A DNA stretch of 63,577 bases, filler included, from Octopus bimaculoides (lineage: Eukaryota), in NCBI RefSeq assembly GCF_001194135.2. It is 8 parts of 7 records of this genome, joined end to end, with 100 filler letters (N's around TTAATTAATTAA, not from the genome) between each part and the next. Parts side by side here need not be neighbours in the genome. Positions count along the whole stretch, not along the records: positions 1 to 10,076 come from NC_068988.1; positions 10,177 to 16,077 come from NC_069002.1; 6 more parts are not named here. One strand, given 5' to 3'. Positions 1-11,415 of this stretch are shown piece by piece (the stretch's first letter is position 1; each line of letters begins with the position of its first letter). A program made the translations under genes and the position numbers. The notes beneath the pieces are model-generated. The model searched no databases, had not been told where the DNA came from, and saw only the letters and a program-made list of their open reading frames with translations.

Positions 1-49
<49 letters not shown>

Positions 50-57
50 TAATAATG

Positions 58-124
<67 letters not shown>
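1..124. repeat. (ATA/TAA)n microsatellite
   Basis: Direct trinucleotide repeat. Confidence 0.95.
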
Positions 125-125
<1 letters not shown>

Positions 126-500
126 CAGTAAATATAAAGACTTTCTAATAGAAATTGAAAAAATGTGGCACCTCAAGGCGACTAACGTACTAATGATTGT
201 AGGATCTCTAGGAATGATAAAAAAGGTACTGAAACCTATTTGAAAATGATACCAGGCTTACCATCCCTACAGGAAGTGCAAAACAATCATGTTAACTGGA
301 ACGACTCATGTACTGAGAAGCGCATTATCGCTGTGAAAACAACATCCAATCATGAATTTTTATTTATTTATTAATTTTTTTCTTTTTTTTAAATGCATAT
401 TTTACCTGTGAATTTGCGTGTGTAAACTGAAATGCACACAATGAGTTCCTCTGCCCTAGGCGTACGGAAAACACTCGGCGAGAAATGGAAGAAAATTTGA
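122..500 (+). mobile_element. 5'-truncated R4/Dong-like REL non-LTR retrotransposon 3' end
   Basis: SKYKDFLIEIEKMWHLKATNV..IVGSLGMIKK is a restriction-like endonuclease C-terminus; begins directly after (TAA)n. Confidence 0.7.
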
Positions 501-504
501 AGGT

Positions 505-1270
505 CGGTGTCATCCAGACTGAAAATTGTGTAACTTAAGAAAAGATTAAACAAGAAATGAACAAACGAAAAGAACACGCGTTAAGGAGCAATTATATGAA
601 GTGCAGAATAGACAACAACACCGATAGAGACAAATGCAGAATATGTGGCGAGTTGGGTGAAACGGTATGGTACATCGTGAGCGAATGCCTGCGATTGGCA
701 CACAGCGAATACAAGAAATGCCATGACAATGTGGCAAAATGATCCATTGGGAACTCTGTGGAAATCACAGCCTAAAAGAGTAAACTCCAGAAGGAATCAC
801 CGAAAATGAGAATTGCAAAATCTCGTGGGATGCAATGATCCAAGGTGATCTGCTGATCAGACATCGGAAACCGGACATTGTTGTGGTGAATAAAATGGAT
901 AGAACATGTATGATTATCGACATAGCATGCCCCGGTGACAACAGGATCAGAAAAAAGAAAAAAATATATACAACTATGACGATTTAAAGTGAGAAATACG
1001 AAGGTTGTGGTCAATGAAGAGAGAAGACGTGATACCAAATAGTAATTTGTGCACTTGGAAGTATCAGCACTCAACTACCAACATGGCTGAAAAAGATTGG
1101 TGCAAGTGTGAAGGTAGAACACCTAAAAAAGTCAGCATTGCTAGGAACTGCAAGAATTGTTCGCCGGGTTCTCGAAGCATGACCAGTAAACAAGTGTCAT
1201 CTTAGTCTGCTGGCTGTGGACAGCTGACAGTTTCCATCATATCCAGCATTAGAAGCTATGAGATTTAATA
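505..1270 (+). mobile_element. Degenerate REL-type LINE C-terminus (zinc knuckle + PD-(D/E)xK nuclease)
   Basis: CRICGELGETVWYIVSEC...CHDNVAK, then KPDIVVVNK..MIIDIACPGD, with frameshifts. Confidence 0.75.
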
Positions 1271-1339
1271 CAAGAAGATGATATTTTAACCCATTCCTTC
1301 GAAATAGCTTAAGCTTCATGACAAATCCGTCATATCTCA

Positions 1340-1383
<44 letters not shown>

Positions 1384-1390
1384 TTTCTCA

Positions 1391-1421
<31 letters not shown>

Positions 1422-1470
1422 TTGTCTGTGTGCCTGTGTGTCTTCCTGTCTGCCTGTCTGTCTGTCTTTC
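1340..1470. repeat. (CT)n, (ATCT)n and (CTGT)n microsatellite cluster
   Basis: Direct. Confidence 0.9.
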
Positions 1471-2299
1471 TCCTTCTATCCAGTCAGCTGTTGAAGGAAT
1501 ATTTTTTAGACGAATGCCTAAAACAACAATACAATGAAGTTTGAAAATAATGGACAAACGTTTGGAAGAGGAAAAAAAAACTCCACACTTCTATTTATAT
1601 TTGCGCTACGTACCATACCATACTGGTTACGTTGTGTTTACACAGTCCACCTATGTATCATCAGCAAGTCGATTCGACCAGCATTTGAAAGTCTTAGTAA
1701 AACAAATAAATAAATAAGTGTAGAAATTGTGAAAATTGCTGGTTACTGATATTGCTTAATTAGTTTCCGGGTCAATAAATGTACCTTTTACTATGATTCG
1801 TTGTGTTCTATGTAGAGAATCTCGTAAATTTGTCTTTCATAAATCAAGCGAAATTTAAATAATTAAATTATGGCTGTGATACGATATGTATTCTCTGTTG
1901 TTGTTGCTGGTGGCGGTGCTTCTGTTGTTTTTATTGCGGTTAACAAAGAAGGACGGTGAAGTGGTCGGCGAGTGGGTGGGAATTGGCAGAATTTGTGGAA
2001 TAACTGACAGGATCCCTTTACATTTTGAGCTTGACAATGAATACGTTTCGTCTTTTATCCTTTATCTTTTACTTGTTTCCATCATTGGGCTGCTGCTATG
2101 CTGGGGGGTTTATTCGCACAATTTGACCCCGGTACTTGCTTTTAATTCTGGCAATTGTTCTACCACAAATACAAATACATACAAACGCACATCTATCTAT
2201 CTATCTATCTATCCATCTATCTATCTATCTATCTGTCTGTCTGTCTGTCTGTCTGTCTGTTTAACTACACACACACACCACATACATATATATATTCAA

Positions 2300-2410
2300 T
2301 GGGCTCTTACCGTCTACCAAGTTCACTTACAAAGCATCAGTCGGCTTTGAGCTATAGTAGGAGACACTTGCCTAAACTGCGTTGCACAGTGGAACTGAAC
2401 TTGAAATCAC
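2300..2410 (-). mobile_element. SINE family A 5' fragment
   Basis: Diverged reverse complement of the head of the full copy at 46590-47011. Confidence 0.6.
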
Positions 2411-2589
2411 GTTTCAAAACGAGCTTTGTTAATCACACATCCATACCTGGGAGATTGTTTTTGACGTTTTCAAGCTGAATTAGACAACCAGTCAAGTTCT
2501 GGGCTTGGTATAAATGACTGGCCCCTTCTCCTTACATTTGAAGCCTTGTGTTTTTTTGTTTTTTTTTGATAGATTATCCTTAAGAGCGA

Positions 2590-2915
2590 GGGATTAGCAG
2601 AATTGCTAAAACATCGGGCGAAATTTTTTGCGGTACTTGTTTGAGTTCTTTTCGTGTTTATCTCGAATCATATCAATGTTGGCCTTTTATAAATAAGTAA
2701 GTAGTTTATTCATAGGTTCGATTTAATCATCAGACGCTACTCCGAAAATTCCGGCTTTTTACGTTCCAAGTTTAAACCAGCCGAGGTCAAATTTGCATTT
2801 CATCCTTTCGGGTTCGATGAAATAACGAAGTAGTTGAGTTCTAGAGGCGATGTAATCGACTAGGACCCTTCCCTAAAATTGCTGGTCTTGGGACAAAATT
2901 GGAAACAATTATTTT
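2590..2915 (+). mobile_element. SINE family B, degenerate
   Basis: GCAGAAT..GC head and GCCGAGGTC..TTTCATCCTTTCGGG body shared with 13115, 26140, 30845 and 37617. Confidence 0.65.
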
Positions 2916-3139
2916 TTTTCAAGTGAAATTTTTTTTTTTCAATTTTAGCATGCTTTTGTTATTGCTGCTGTTGCTGCTGTTGTTGTTGTTGTTGATGATG
3001 ATGGGAATAATGATGGGGCGGCGGCAGTGGTGGCGGTGGTGGTGGTGGTGATGTTGGTGGTGGTGCTTAGCAATGTTCAATTCTGATCTAAAAGACTCGT
3101 GACACCGAGATTGTCCATAGAAGAGAGTTAGTATTCAAG

Positions 3140-3470
3140 ATATATCATGTATCTGCTTAGTCTAGTATTACATTGCGTTCCTAACATATAAAAGGAAATT
3201 TTAACAACCGCTTCTTGGATAATGGTCGTTCTTGTTTTTAACATGCTAGTTAACCCAGTTTTGGGTAAGCTGTGAATATGAGATAAACAGCTTCGTACCA
3301 AATCACGTGTGATTCCTGAGTAAGTCTTGAACCTGGTAACGGCCTGAGCCATGGTTACAATGAAATCATGTGATGCAACATGGTGGCTGTGAAGTATTTT
3401 GGCAAATAAACTTATTGAGTCAATGCCGAATGTCTAAGGGCTTAAGACTTCGTGTAGATGTGTCTGGGTA
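3140..3470 (-). mobile_element. Possible Penelope-like GIY-YIG fragment, highly decayed
   Basis: KPLDIRH*LNKFICQ...FKTYSGITRDLVRSCLSHIHS resembles the CPL..C/YIG.T...R..H pattern. Confidence 0.3.
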
Positions 3471-3609
3471 GTAGTAAGAATTTGTGTTATGCTGATTAAT
3501 AAAAGAGGCGAAGTTTTTGCAACAAGAATAGCTAACCTATTATTGTATTGTTTTAGCTAACCTGTTATTTTATTATTTTATTAATCAGCTTAACACAAAA
3601 ATTATTACA

Positions 3610-3990
3610 AACAAGCACATTGCCGAATCTAATGTGAGGAACTACAATTTCAAAGATAAGACTTGCTGTCCGTTAGAAGGTGAATGTCTCGAAAAAGGAA
3701 TTTTTATGGAGCTAAAATGCAAATAGATGACTCACAAGAATATAAAACTTACACAGGGGCTTCGGAAAATTCATTCAACACTCGGTTTTATTCCCACCAA
3801 AAATTCTTTCCGATATCCCGAGAATTTGCAACTCCGGCTTGAACTGCAGCTGAAAGTGTCATGTCGAGACTGCCTATCAGAGGCGGCTAGATGTAGTTTC
3901 TCCTTGAGCAGGTAGCTGCAGTTCAAGCCGGAGTTTTAGTGGTAAATCAAACTGAGGACTCCATAATACATACCTATTACTTTACGTCAG
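3610..3990 (+). mobile_element. Penelope-like GIY-YIG endonuclease fragment and 3' tail
   Basis: DKTCCPLEGECLEKG...EYKTYTGASENSFNTRFYSH..SFRYPEN across frameshifts. Confidence 0.65.
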
Positions 3991-4074
3991 TTGACGAAAG
4001 CTCTTCATATATTCAGTATACACGCGCGCGCGCGCGCACATATATATATGTATTTATGTATTATGTATGTGTCT

Positions 4075-4252
4075 TCATGTCTGTGTTTGTCCACCGTTTG
4101 ACAACCGGTGTTGGTGAGTTTACGCCCCTGCACCTTAGCGGTTTAAGTACCGGCTTTAAATAATAAGTAATGGGATCGATTTGTTCGACTAAAATTCTTC
4201 AAGGTGATGCCTCTGCATAACCGCAGTCTAATAACGGAAACAAGTAAAAGAC
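4075..4252 (+). mobile_element. SINE family A variant, 3' half
   Basis: TTGACAACCGGTGTTGGTG...GATCGATTTGTTCGACTAAA...GAAACAAGTAAAAGA. Confidence 0.65.
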
Positions 4253-4345
4253 ATTAAGTATTATATTGAATATATAGTTGTGTGTGTTATTGTCGTTGTT
4301 TAGCACCAGGTCACTCTTGATGGAGTAGAGCTATGATCAACGATC

Positions 4346-4348
<3 letters not shown>

Positions 4349-4407
<59 letters not shown>

Positions 4408-4495
4408 CTCTTCTACTACTGTCGCTACCCCTCTGCCATAACCAACAACAACAACAACACTACCACCACCATCACCACCATCACCGCTACCGCAC
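4349..4495. repeat. (AGT)n followed by (CAA)/(ACC) microsatellites
   Basis: Direct. Confidence 0.9.
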
Positions 4496-5449
4496 CAGTA
4501 TTCCCATCAAGTCCCTCCCCTGCAGCAGACCGAGCTACACTCGAAGTTCGTTGTTCTTGTTAATTTGATATGTCTGTCTGTGTGTCACCCAGGAGGACCG
4601 TGTTATATACCCCACATGAAGGAGTAAGGCAAGTTTTATGGAAGAAAGCGTTAATTATTAGGGGCTAGTTTGTGTTTTAGAGGTTTTAAAAAGACGACAG
4701 GAGAAAGATTTCACGGTGTAACAACAATTTCAGAACTGTTTAGAAGTATTCCTGTCTGACACGAATCACTGTTTAATAGGCAGCGTCAGAAATAGTTTAG
4801 TGAATAAACGAATAAACGAAAAAAACAAACAAACAAACGAACAAATAAGTAAATGGATGAATGAATTGATAGCAGAATAAGTGAATGTATGCATGAATGA
4901 ACGGCTAAAAAAAAATATGATAGGCTGAATGAACGAATTGTAGAATAAATAAACGAATGAAACAGAATATGTGAATGAAGAATGAAAGAACAACAACACG
5001 GAAGAATGCGTAGAAAAATGAATTACAAAAGTAAAGAGAATGAGTGAATGAATGAAATAGAATGAATAGCAATGAGAGAATGAATGAATGAATGACTGAA
5101 TGAATGAATGAATAAATGGAGAGCGACCACAGAATCTTTACTACAGTGAAAAAACTATCTCCTTGAAGCCAATTAAAGAATGTTTATTTAATCAATCGAT
5201 CCACCAGACACAATAAGTTCAAATCACACATTCCTCCTCAACAATGAACATATTGCTTAATGTGATCCTCCATACACGTTGCTTGAAGAGATACACGACG
5301 GTCATAGTTGGTTGATGTGAATAACGATTTTTGTCAAAAGCCCAGCCTTAGAAATTTGTGGCTAGGAGAGCTTATAGCTGATGTAATCGATCCCTCCCCA
5401 AACGATTTTTTACTGGTATTCGTATTGATTATTTATTTTATCGACAGCA

Positions 5450-6175
5450 ATCCACAGAAGGTTGACCTTGAGGAAACTGAAAACCACCACGGATCATTCC
5501 CCTTCCAACGGCAAGACAGATGCAGGAGAAGTGCTATGAGTAGAATATAGATCTCGTCCAGATATTCATAGATTTAACGAAGGCCTTTGATATTGTGAAT
5601 AGGGCCTTGCTATAGTAAATACATGGCGAATTTGGATGTCCGGATCACTTTGTATCTATAAATAAATTATTTCATGATGGGATGGAGGTTTGGGTCAATG
5701 TTGGTGGTGACATGGCGGGAGCCGTTCCTGTAGAGAATGGTATCAAGTAAGGTGACATCAATACCCCAACTTTCTTTTCTTTGTACTTTGCTGCTGCTTT
5801 TTACTCATGCTTTTGCTAAGGTTAGCTTTCTGGGAATATATGTCAGGTATCAATGTTCTGGCCGCCTCTTTAATCTGCGTCGATTTGCTGCCAATTCAAA
5901 AGTTTTCCAGTCTATTATTCGTGACCTCCTTTATGCAGACGACTGTGACTCAGTCACTCATACAGTGGATAACGTGCAAATACTCATGAATTGCATTTCT
6001 GCTTCTTGCAAGGCATTTGGACTCAGCATTAGTCTGGACAAGACTGTTGTAATGTTCCAGCCTTCACCAGGAAAACCATTTGTAGAATCAGCTATCTTGG
6101 TTGAAGGAACAATTCTCAAAGTGGTAGACAGGTTTGTCTACCTGGGCAACACAATCAGCCGTTCTTGCTCCCAGG
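5450..6175 (+). mobile_element. RTE-clade LINE reverse transcriptase fragment
   Basis: DLTKAFDIVNR...FGCPDHFV...GIYVRYQCSGRLFNLRRF..SKV..IIRDLLYADDCD...FVYLGNTIS; premature stops upstream. Confidence 0.85.
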
Positions 6176-6759
6176 CAAACGAAAATATATACATCATAGA
6201 TTTTATACTGATTACTACAAATTAAGCAACAAAAATAACTTTGATGATTAATAACACAATTGTATAAAATAATAAATATAATTAATCAATACATTAGTGT
6301 GATTAATTATTTAATAATAGCAAAAGTTTTCTTTTCTTGGATTTGAAAGCAGAACAAATATCGTAAAGTATTTTGTCCGGCGTTCAAATGCTTCGACTAA
6401 CCCCTATCATCCTTTTAGCCTCTAATAATTCTTTCTACTATAGGTATAAGACCTGAAATTTTGAGGAAAGGAGATGGTCGATTACATTGACCCCCAGTTC
6501 TTAACTGTTACTTATTTCATCGATGATTCCAAAAGGATGAAAGATGAAGTTGACGTCCGAATGTAATGCACTTGACCTCGTGCTATAAAGCATTTTATCC
6601 TATGAGATTCAGTGTGATGTAAAACTATAATAAAAACACATGAATGCACCATTCATTACCGTTACAACCGTTCCATATACGACGGGCTTCCACTCAGTTT
6701 TCGTCTACCAAATTCACTCACAAGGCTGCGGTCGGCCTGGATCTACGAGTGTAGAGTTT

Positions 6760-7335
6760 ATCACTTTGAGCCAGAGACAAAGAGACAATCCATACAGTGG
6801 AAACAACCCCTCCTCACCTGATCCAAAGAAGGTCAAAGTTGTTTCCTCTGCAGGGAAGGTGATAACCTTAGTTTTTTGCAATGGAAAAGGCATTGAGTTT
6901 ACTGACTATCTTGAAAAGGGCCACACCACCAATGGAGAGTACTATGCCAACTTTTTGAGGCAGTTACGAGGGGCTACTAAGACCAAATTCCGAAGAAAGC
7001 TGACGAAAGGGCTGTTCTTTCATGAGAGCAATGCTCCAGCACACGAGAATTTGGTTTCAATGACTCTATGGTGTGACAGTGGCTTTGAACTGGTTGACCA
7101 CCCTCCCTATTCTCTTGGTTTGGCCCCATCTGACTATCATATGTTCTCCAACACGAAAGGGCAACATGGATGGGAATCAGTATCGCAATGATGAGGACAT
7201 CATGTCTGCTGCTGACGTTTTTGACCAGCAGGATGAAAGCTTCATCGCCAATAGGATGCAAACACTGCAACACTGACGGAAGAAGTGTGTGTGCCGCTAA
7301 GGGGACTATGTTGAAATATAAACCCCATTTGCTCA
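6760..7335 (+). mobile_element. Mariner (DD34D) transposase C-terminal remnant with start of 3' TIR
   Basis: KKVKVVSSAGKV...GEYYANFLRQL...HESNAPAH...LVDHPPYSLGLAPSDYHMF; catalytic D mutated, frameshift; GGGGACTATGTTGAAA after the stop. Confidence 0.85.
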
Positions 7336-7675
7336 TCATCGTATAATAGAAGACACTTGCTCAAGGTTCTGTGCAGTAGGACTGAATCTAAGACCACATC
7401 TTAGGGAAGCAGCTTATTAACCTCATGTCCACGCTTGCACTTATAGTATCTCAATATTTTTCTCACACGGAGTAATAGAAATACATAGACAATTTCTCGC
7501 AAAGACTTTGAAAATATAACACGGGTTAAAAACTTATTTTGAAAACTGACAATTATTAACATTATCTTTAAATTTATTTATTTTATTTATATTATTTTGA
7601 ATACGTTAATAAACTAAGTTGGAAGTTTACTATTTGGAATGGCAGGAGTTAATTGAAAAACATTTGCGGGTGGAA

Positions 7676-8743
7676 TTAGTCCGTGGTGGATTGTTTTAAA
7701 TGAGAACTTGTAAGTGTCAAGGCAGATAACTGTTGTGTGTTGTTTTCTAAAAGTTGTTCAGAATACAACTGGAATAGTTGTGGTAAGAGCAAGTCAGTTT
7801 TTGTACGCTCAGTCGAACATGTCTGATTTACTAAATCAAGATGTACAGACGAGGAATTCGACTCTGAAGACAGTGGTCGACGTTCTTTGTTGATTTTAGC
7901 AATTTCAATGAGAAGTGCTTCTCGTGCGTCAACAAACCCTTCTAAATATCTTTCTTTCTGCTTCAAGTGAACATTATTCATCCGTCGATATGAACCTGCA
8001 AAAGTGGTTGGCTTGTTATTACCGACATGGCGACATATTGGTGTAATATGTCTTCTGTACATGGTATATTCACGAGAAAGACATGGCGCATTGTGTACGA
8101 TTGAGCTTGTTTTATTTCGAACAGGACTTTTCAGTGTGGGAAATATAGACTTTTGGCTGACGTTAATCCATTCTACAGCATTCATATTTTCTTTATGATC
8201 CCTTACATCTATACAAGCCTTGCCTTTAGTCAGCAATATGTAAGCTGACGCACAATTGTTGTTTTTACAAGCCAACAAGAACGGGGTGAAACCTTCAGAG
8301 TTCTCTACATCAATTTTGTGATGATGATATTTTTCAAAATCGTCAAGTAAGAAGTTAACCAGCTCTGGATTACCTGATTCAGCTGCCATATGCAGCAAAG
8401 TGCTTCCATTATTATCAACTTCGTTAAAGTCCGTACAGCTGTCTAGTTGCAGTAAAAATGAAAGAACGTTCAACAGTCCGTTTAACGCGGCATATGATAA
8501 GGCAGATCGGTGGAAATCATCGTAAATGTCCAAACAAGAACCAGCCCGAATGAGGGTACGTACAATTTTAAACGCTTTCGTCTCATCATCCAGAAAGCAA
8601 GCCACCATAAGAGGAGTGCGGCCGTGTAAATCTTGTATGTTCACATTGACTCGTTGTTTTATCAGCAGACGTACTTGATGTAAACGTTGATCGAGGACAG
8701 CTTGGTGTAAAGCTGTCTTCATTGAACGAAAGAGTTTTGGCAT
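7676..8743 (-). CDS. Ankyrin-repeat protein (about 5 N-terminal ANK repeats, ANKRD34/63-like layout) with low-complexity C-terminus; coding region in one exon
   Basis: Uninterrupted ~355-codon ORF: TALHQAV..QVRLLI..VNVN.QD..GRTPLMVAC, RSALSYAA, GSTLLHMAA, GFTPFLLAC. First ATG at 8743 (the track start at 8749 is GTG). A polypyrimidine+AG acceptor at 8774-8786 precedes it and the frame is open up to it. Confidence 0.9.
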   Translation of the reverse strand: MPKLFRSMKTALHQAVLDQRLHQVRLLIKQRVNVNIQDLHGRTPLMVACFLDDETKAFKIVRTLIRAGSCLDIYDDFHRSALSYAALNGLLNVLSFLLQLDSCTDFNEVDNNGSTLLHMAAESGNPELVNFLLDDFEKYHHHKIDVENSEGFTPFLLACKNNNCASAYILLTKGKACIDVRDHKENMNAVEWINVSQKSIFPTLKSPVRNKTSSIVHNAPCLSREYTMYRRHITPICRHVGNNKPTTFAGSYRRMNNVHLKQKERYLEGFVDAREALLIEIAKINKERRPLSSESNSSSVHLDLVNQTCSTERTKTDLLLPQLFQLYSEQLLENNTQQLSALTLTSSHLKQSTTD

Positions 8744-9727
8744 CGTCACACATGAATCTGGCTGTTTGAATAGCTGAAAAAAAAATGTAAAACCATATTG
8801 AGATCAGTAAATACGAAAATAATAGCCATCTACACATCATACTGAATGCAAATACATCATGAACGACAAATTTACTGTGGTATGGATCTAGTGATCATTT
8901 ATGGACGTGCTCTGTTTAAAAACGCAATATACATCGGACATAGGAGAAAATCATCCTTAAGTATAAGAATATTCGCAACACTAGTAAATGTTTATTCATA
9001 GTTTTCTTATATGGATGGCGAGACATTTCATCTTAGCATGCAATTAGCTTTGAGTGAAGGCTATTGATAACGCCCAACTATGGATAAATGCATCTAGAAT
9101 TCTCACCAGATGCTGCTGAGCGATTTCGTCTACCTCCAATTTATATTATGACTTAAACACTGCGCATTTGTAAGAGATATTACTTCAGGACGAATATCAC
9201 AGTATTCACGATCTGTCTATATTACGTGTGATACACAAATGTGTTTCGTCTGTTATACTCTTTTGCTGCATATATAGGACGAAAAAAATATATATTAAAT
9301 ATAACAAAACACATATCGTCTTTGGCATAATACTCACCATTAACCCTACGTTTTCTCTATTTTTCTACCTCTGTCCAATTTCTTCTTTGAGTTGTCTTGC
9401 AAGCTATCTTACATTAACATCCGCACGTAATTCAGTCTGTCAATTAAAAAATATCAATTTTCAAGAGATATTACAAAGATGTACATCATTAAACATTCGT
9501 ATCGATTTTGACGTGAACCAGAATTTGAACCATTCCCAGAAACCGTATATTTTTCTATCTATTGCTTAATCAAAGCAGGTAAAATAGTACATATCAATCT
9601 TCTCGAGGTGAAGCTTTGTGACTTCTTGATCAGAAACATTTATCGAGTCCCAAAAGAATTAAACACTAAACGAAAAGAGAACTAAATATTGTTCTCTGTC
9701 ACGCACTTTATTGTATTGATGATCATT

Positions 9728-9755
9728 ATAATAATAATAATAATAGTAATAGTTG

Positions 9756-9786
<31 letters not shown>
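9728..9786. repeat. (TAA)n microsatellite
   Basis: Direct. Confidence 0.9.
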
Positions 9787-9787
<1 letters not shown>

Positions 9788-10076
9788 CACTCCTCTGGAA
9801 CTTCAACATTCAAACTGACAGAAAGATAGACGCAAATAGGCCAGACATCATACTGAAAGACTTCAGACAAAAATCATGCCTCCTCATTGATATGACTGTC
9901 CCAATCGATATAAACGTATCTGTCAAGACCTACCAAAAACTGAGCAAATATAAAGATCTTGAAATAGAAATTAGCAAAATGTGGAATCTGAAGACGAAAA
10001 CAATACCTATTGTCATAGGTACCCTGGGAATGACAGCGAAACGGGCTGATTACTACCTAGCTCAGATACCAGGAAA
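9787..10076 (+). mobile_element. 5'-truncated R4/Dong-like REL LINE, runs into a gap
   Basis: TLLWNFNIQTDRKIDANRPDIILKD..SCLLIDMTVP.D..V..KTYQKLSKYKDLEIEISKMW; open frame directly after (TAA)n. Confidence 0.85.
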
Positions 10077-10177
10077 NNNNNNNNNNNNNNNNNNNNNNNN
10101 NNNNNNNNNNNNNNNNNNNNTTAATTAATTAANNNNNNNNNNNNNNNNNNNNNNNNNNNNNNNNNNNNNNNNNNNNT

Positions 10178-10531
10178 AAGGCAGCGGACTCGCGGTAATA
10201 TGATCGTGGTTTCGATTCCCAGACTGGGAATTGTGAGTGCTTATTCAGCGAAAACACCTAAAGCTCCACGAGGCTCTAGCAGGGGGTGGTGTCAAACCTT
10301 GTTGTATTCTTTCGCCACAACTTTCTCTCGCTCTTCCTTCCTGTTTCTGTTGTACCTGTATTTCAAAGGGCCAGTCTTGTTACACTCTGTGTCACGCTGA
10401 ATCTCCCCGAGAACTATGTTAAGAGTGCACGTCTGTAGAGTACTCAACCACTTGCACGTTAATTTCACGATTAGGCTGTTCTGTTGATCGTGTCAACTGG
10501 AACCCCCATCGTCGTAACCAACAGAGTGCCA
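10178..10531 (+). mobile_element. tRNA-derived SINE family C
   Basis: Matches 53265-53621 and the reverse complement of 19775-20147; GGTTTCGATTCC B-box-like motif. Confidence 0.8.
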
Positions 10532-10740
10532 CGATATAGGCACAAATGTAATTCTTTCCCAAATAAATTGCACTTTCTATTCGAGGCTCCCATGAAGCTA
10601 TAAAATGTTACTCAGTCACTCAACTATGAGTGCACTGCATCCTATGGAAGAAACACCTGTAAGCTAAAGAAGTTCATAAGATAATTATTTATTCCTTTGT
10701 CATTACTCTTTCTCATACACGCATATGGAGATAGTCAGAG

Positions 10741-10804
10741 AGACTGACAGACAAACAGACAGACAGTCAGACAGACAGTCAGACAGACAGTCAGACAGAC
10801 GGAC

Positions 10805-10858
<54 letters not shown>
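10741..10858. repeat. (GACA)n/(GATA)n microsatellite
   Basis: Direct. Confidence 0.9.
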
Positions 10859-10859
<1 letters not shown>

Positions 10860-10984
10860 AATATGTATATCTGTATATGTACCAGAGTAAGCATATAAAT
10901 GTGAAACAAGGTGGAAAAAAGAGTACCCAAATATCAGAGGTAGTGTAATATGCATTATTGAAAAGCAGCAGAAATATAACAAAA

Positions 10985-11024
10985 GCTGTTACTCAGAGTT
11001 TCACGCTCCCGCTCGTCGGACAGT
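10985..11024 (-). ncRNA. Minimal type I hammerhead-like motif with U4C core
   Basis: ACTGT-CCGACGA-GCG GGAG CGT-GAAAC TCTGA GTA-ACAGC. Confidence 0.55.
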
Positions 11025-11066
11025 TTTTTTTTTTTTTAGAATCATCCTCATCGACGTCATTCTAAC

Positions 11067-11112
11067 AAAACTGTCCAACGAACAGGAACGTGAAACTCTG
11101 AGTAACAGTTTT
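11067..11112 (+). ncRNA. Inverted partner hammerhead-like motif with decayed core
   Basis: AAAACTGT-CCAACGA-ACA GGAA CGT-GAAAC TCTGA GTA-ACAGTTTT. Confidence 0.45.
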
Positions 11113-11144
11113 TGTGATATTTCTGCTGCTTTTCTATAAAGTAT

Positions 11145-11368
11145 ACTCTTTCACTCTTTTACTCTTTTACTTGTTTCAGTCATTTGACTGTGGCCATGCT
11201 GGAGCACCGCCTTTAGTCAAGCGAATAGACCCCAGGACTTATTCTTTGTAAGCCTAGTACTTATCCTATCGGTCTCTTTTGCCGAACCGCTAAGTTACGG
11301 GGACGTAAACACACCAGCATCGGTTGTCAAGCGATTTTGCGAGGACAAACACAGACACATAAACATAT

Positions 11369-11415
<47 letters not shown>

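Noticed and set aside
1886-2350. 154-aa ORF and the many Ile/Tyr/His/Thr/Val/Cys-rich ORFs in the track
   Set aside because: These are translations of microsatellites or N gaps with no domain signal.
4790-5115. (GAAT)-like periodic tract as a spacer array
   Set aside because: It is a degenerate tetranucleotide microsatellite with no repeat-spacer structure, so it is not a CRISPR array.
10121-10132. TTAATTAATTAA palindrome inside N runs (also 16122, 25597, 34246, 44731, 49769, 60321)
   Set aside because: Always centred in gaps and has stops in all six frames, so it is an artificial scaffolding spacer.
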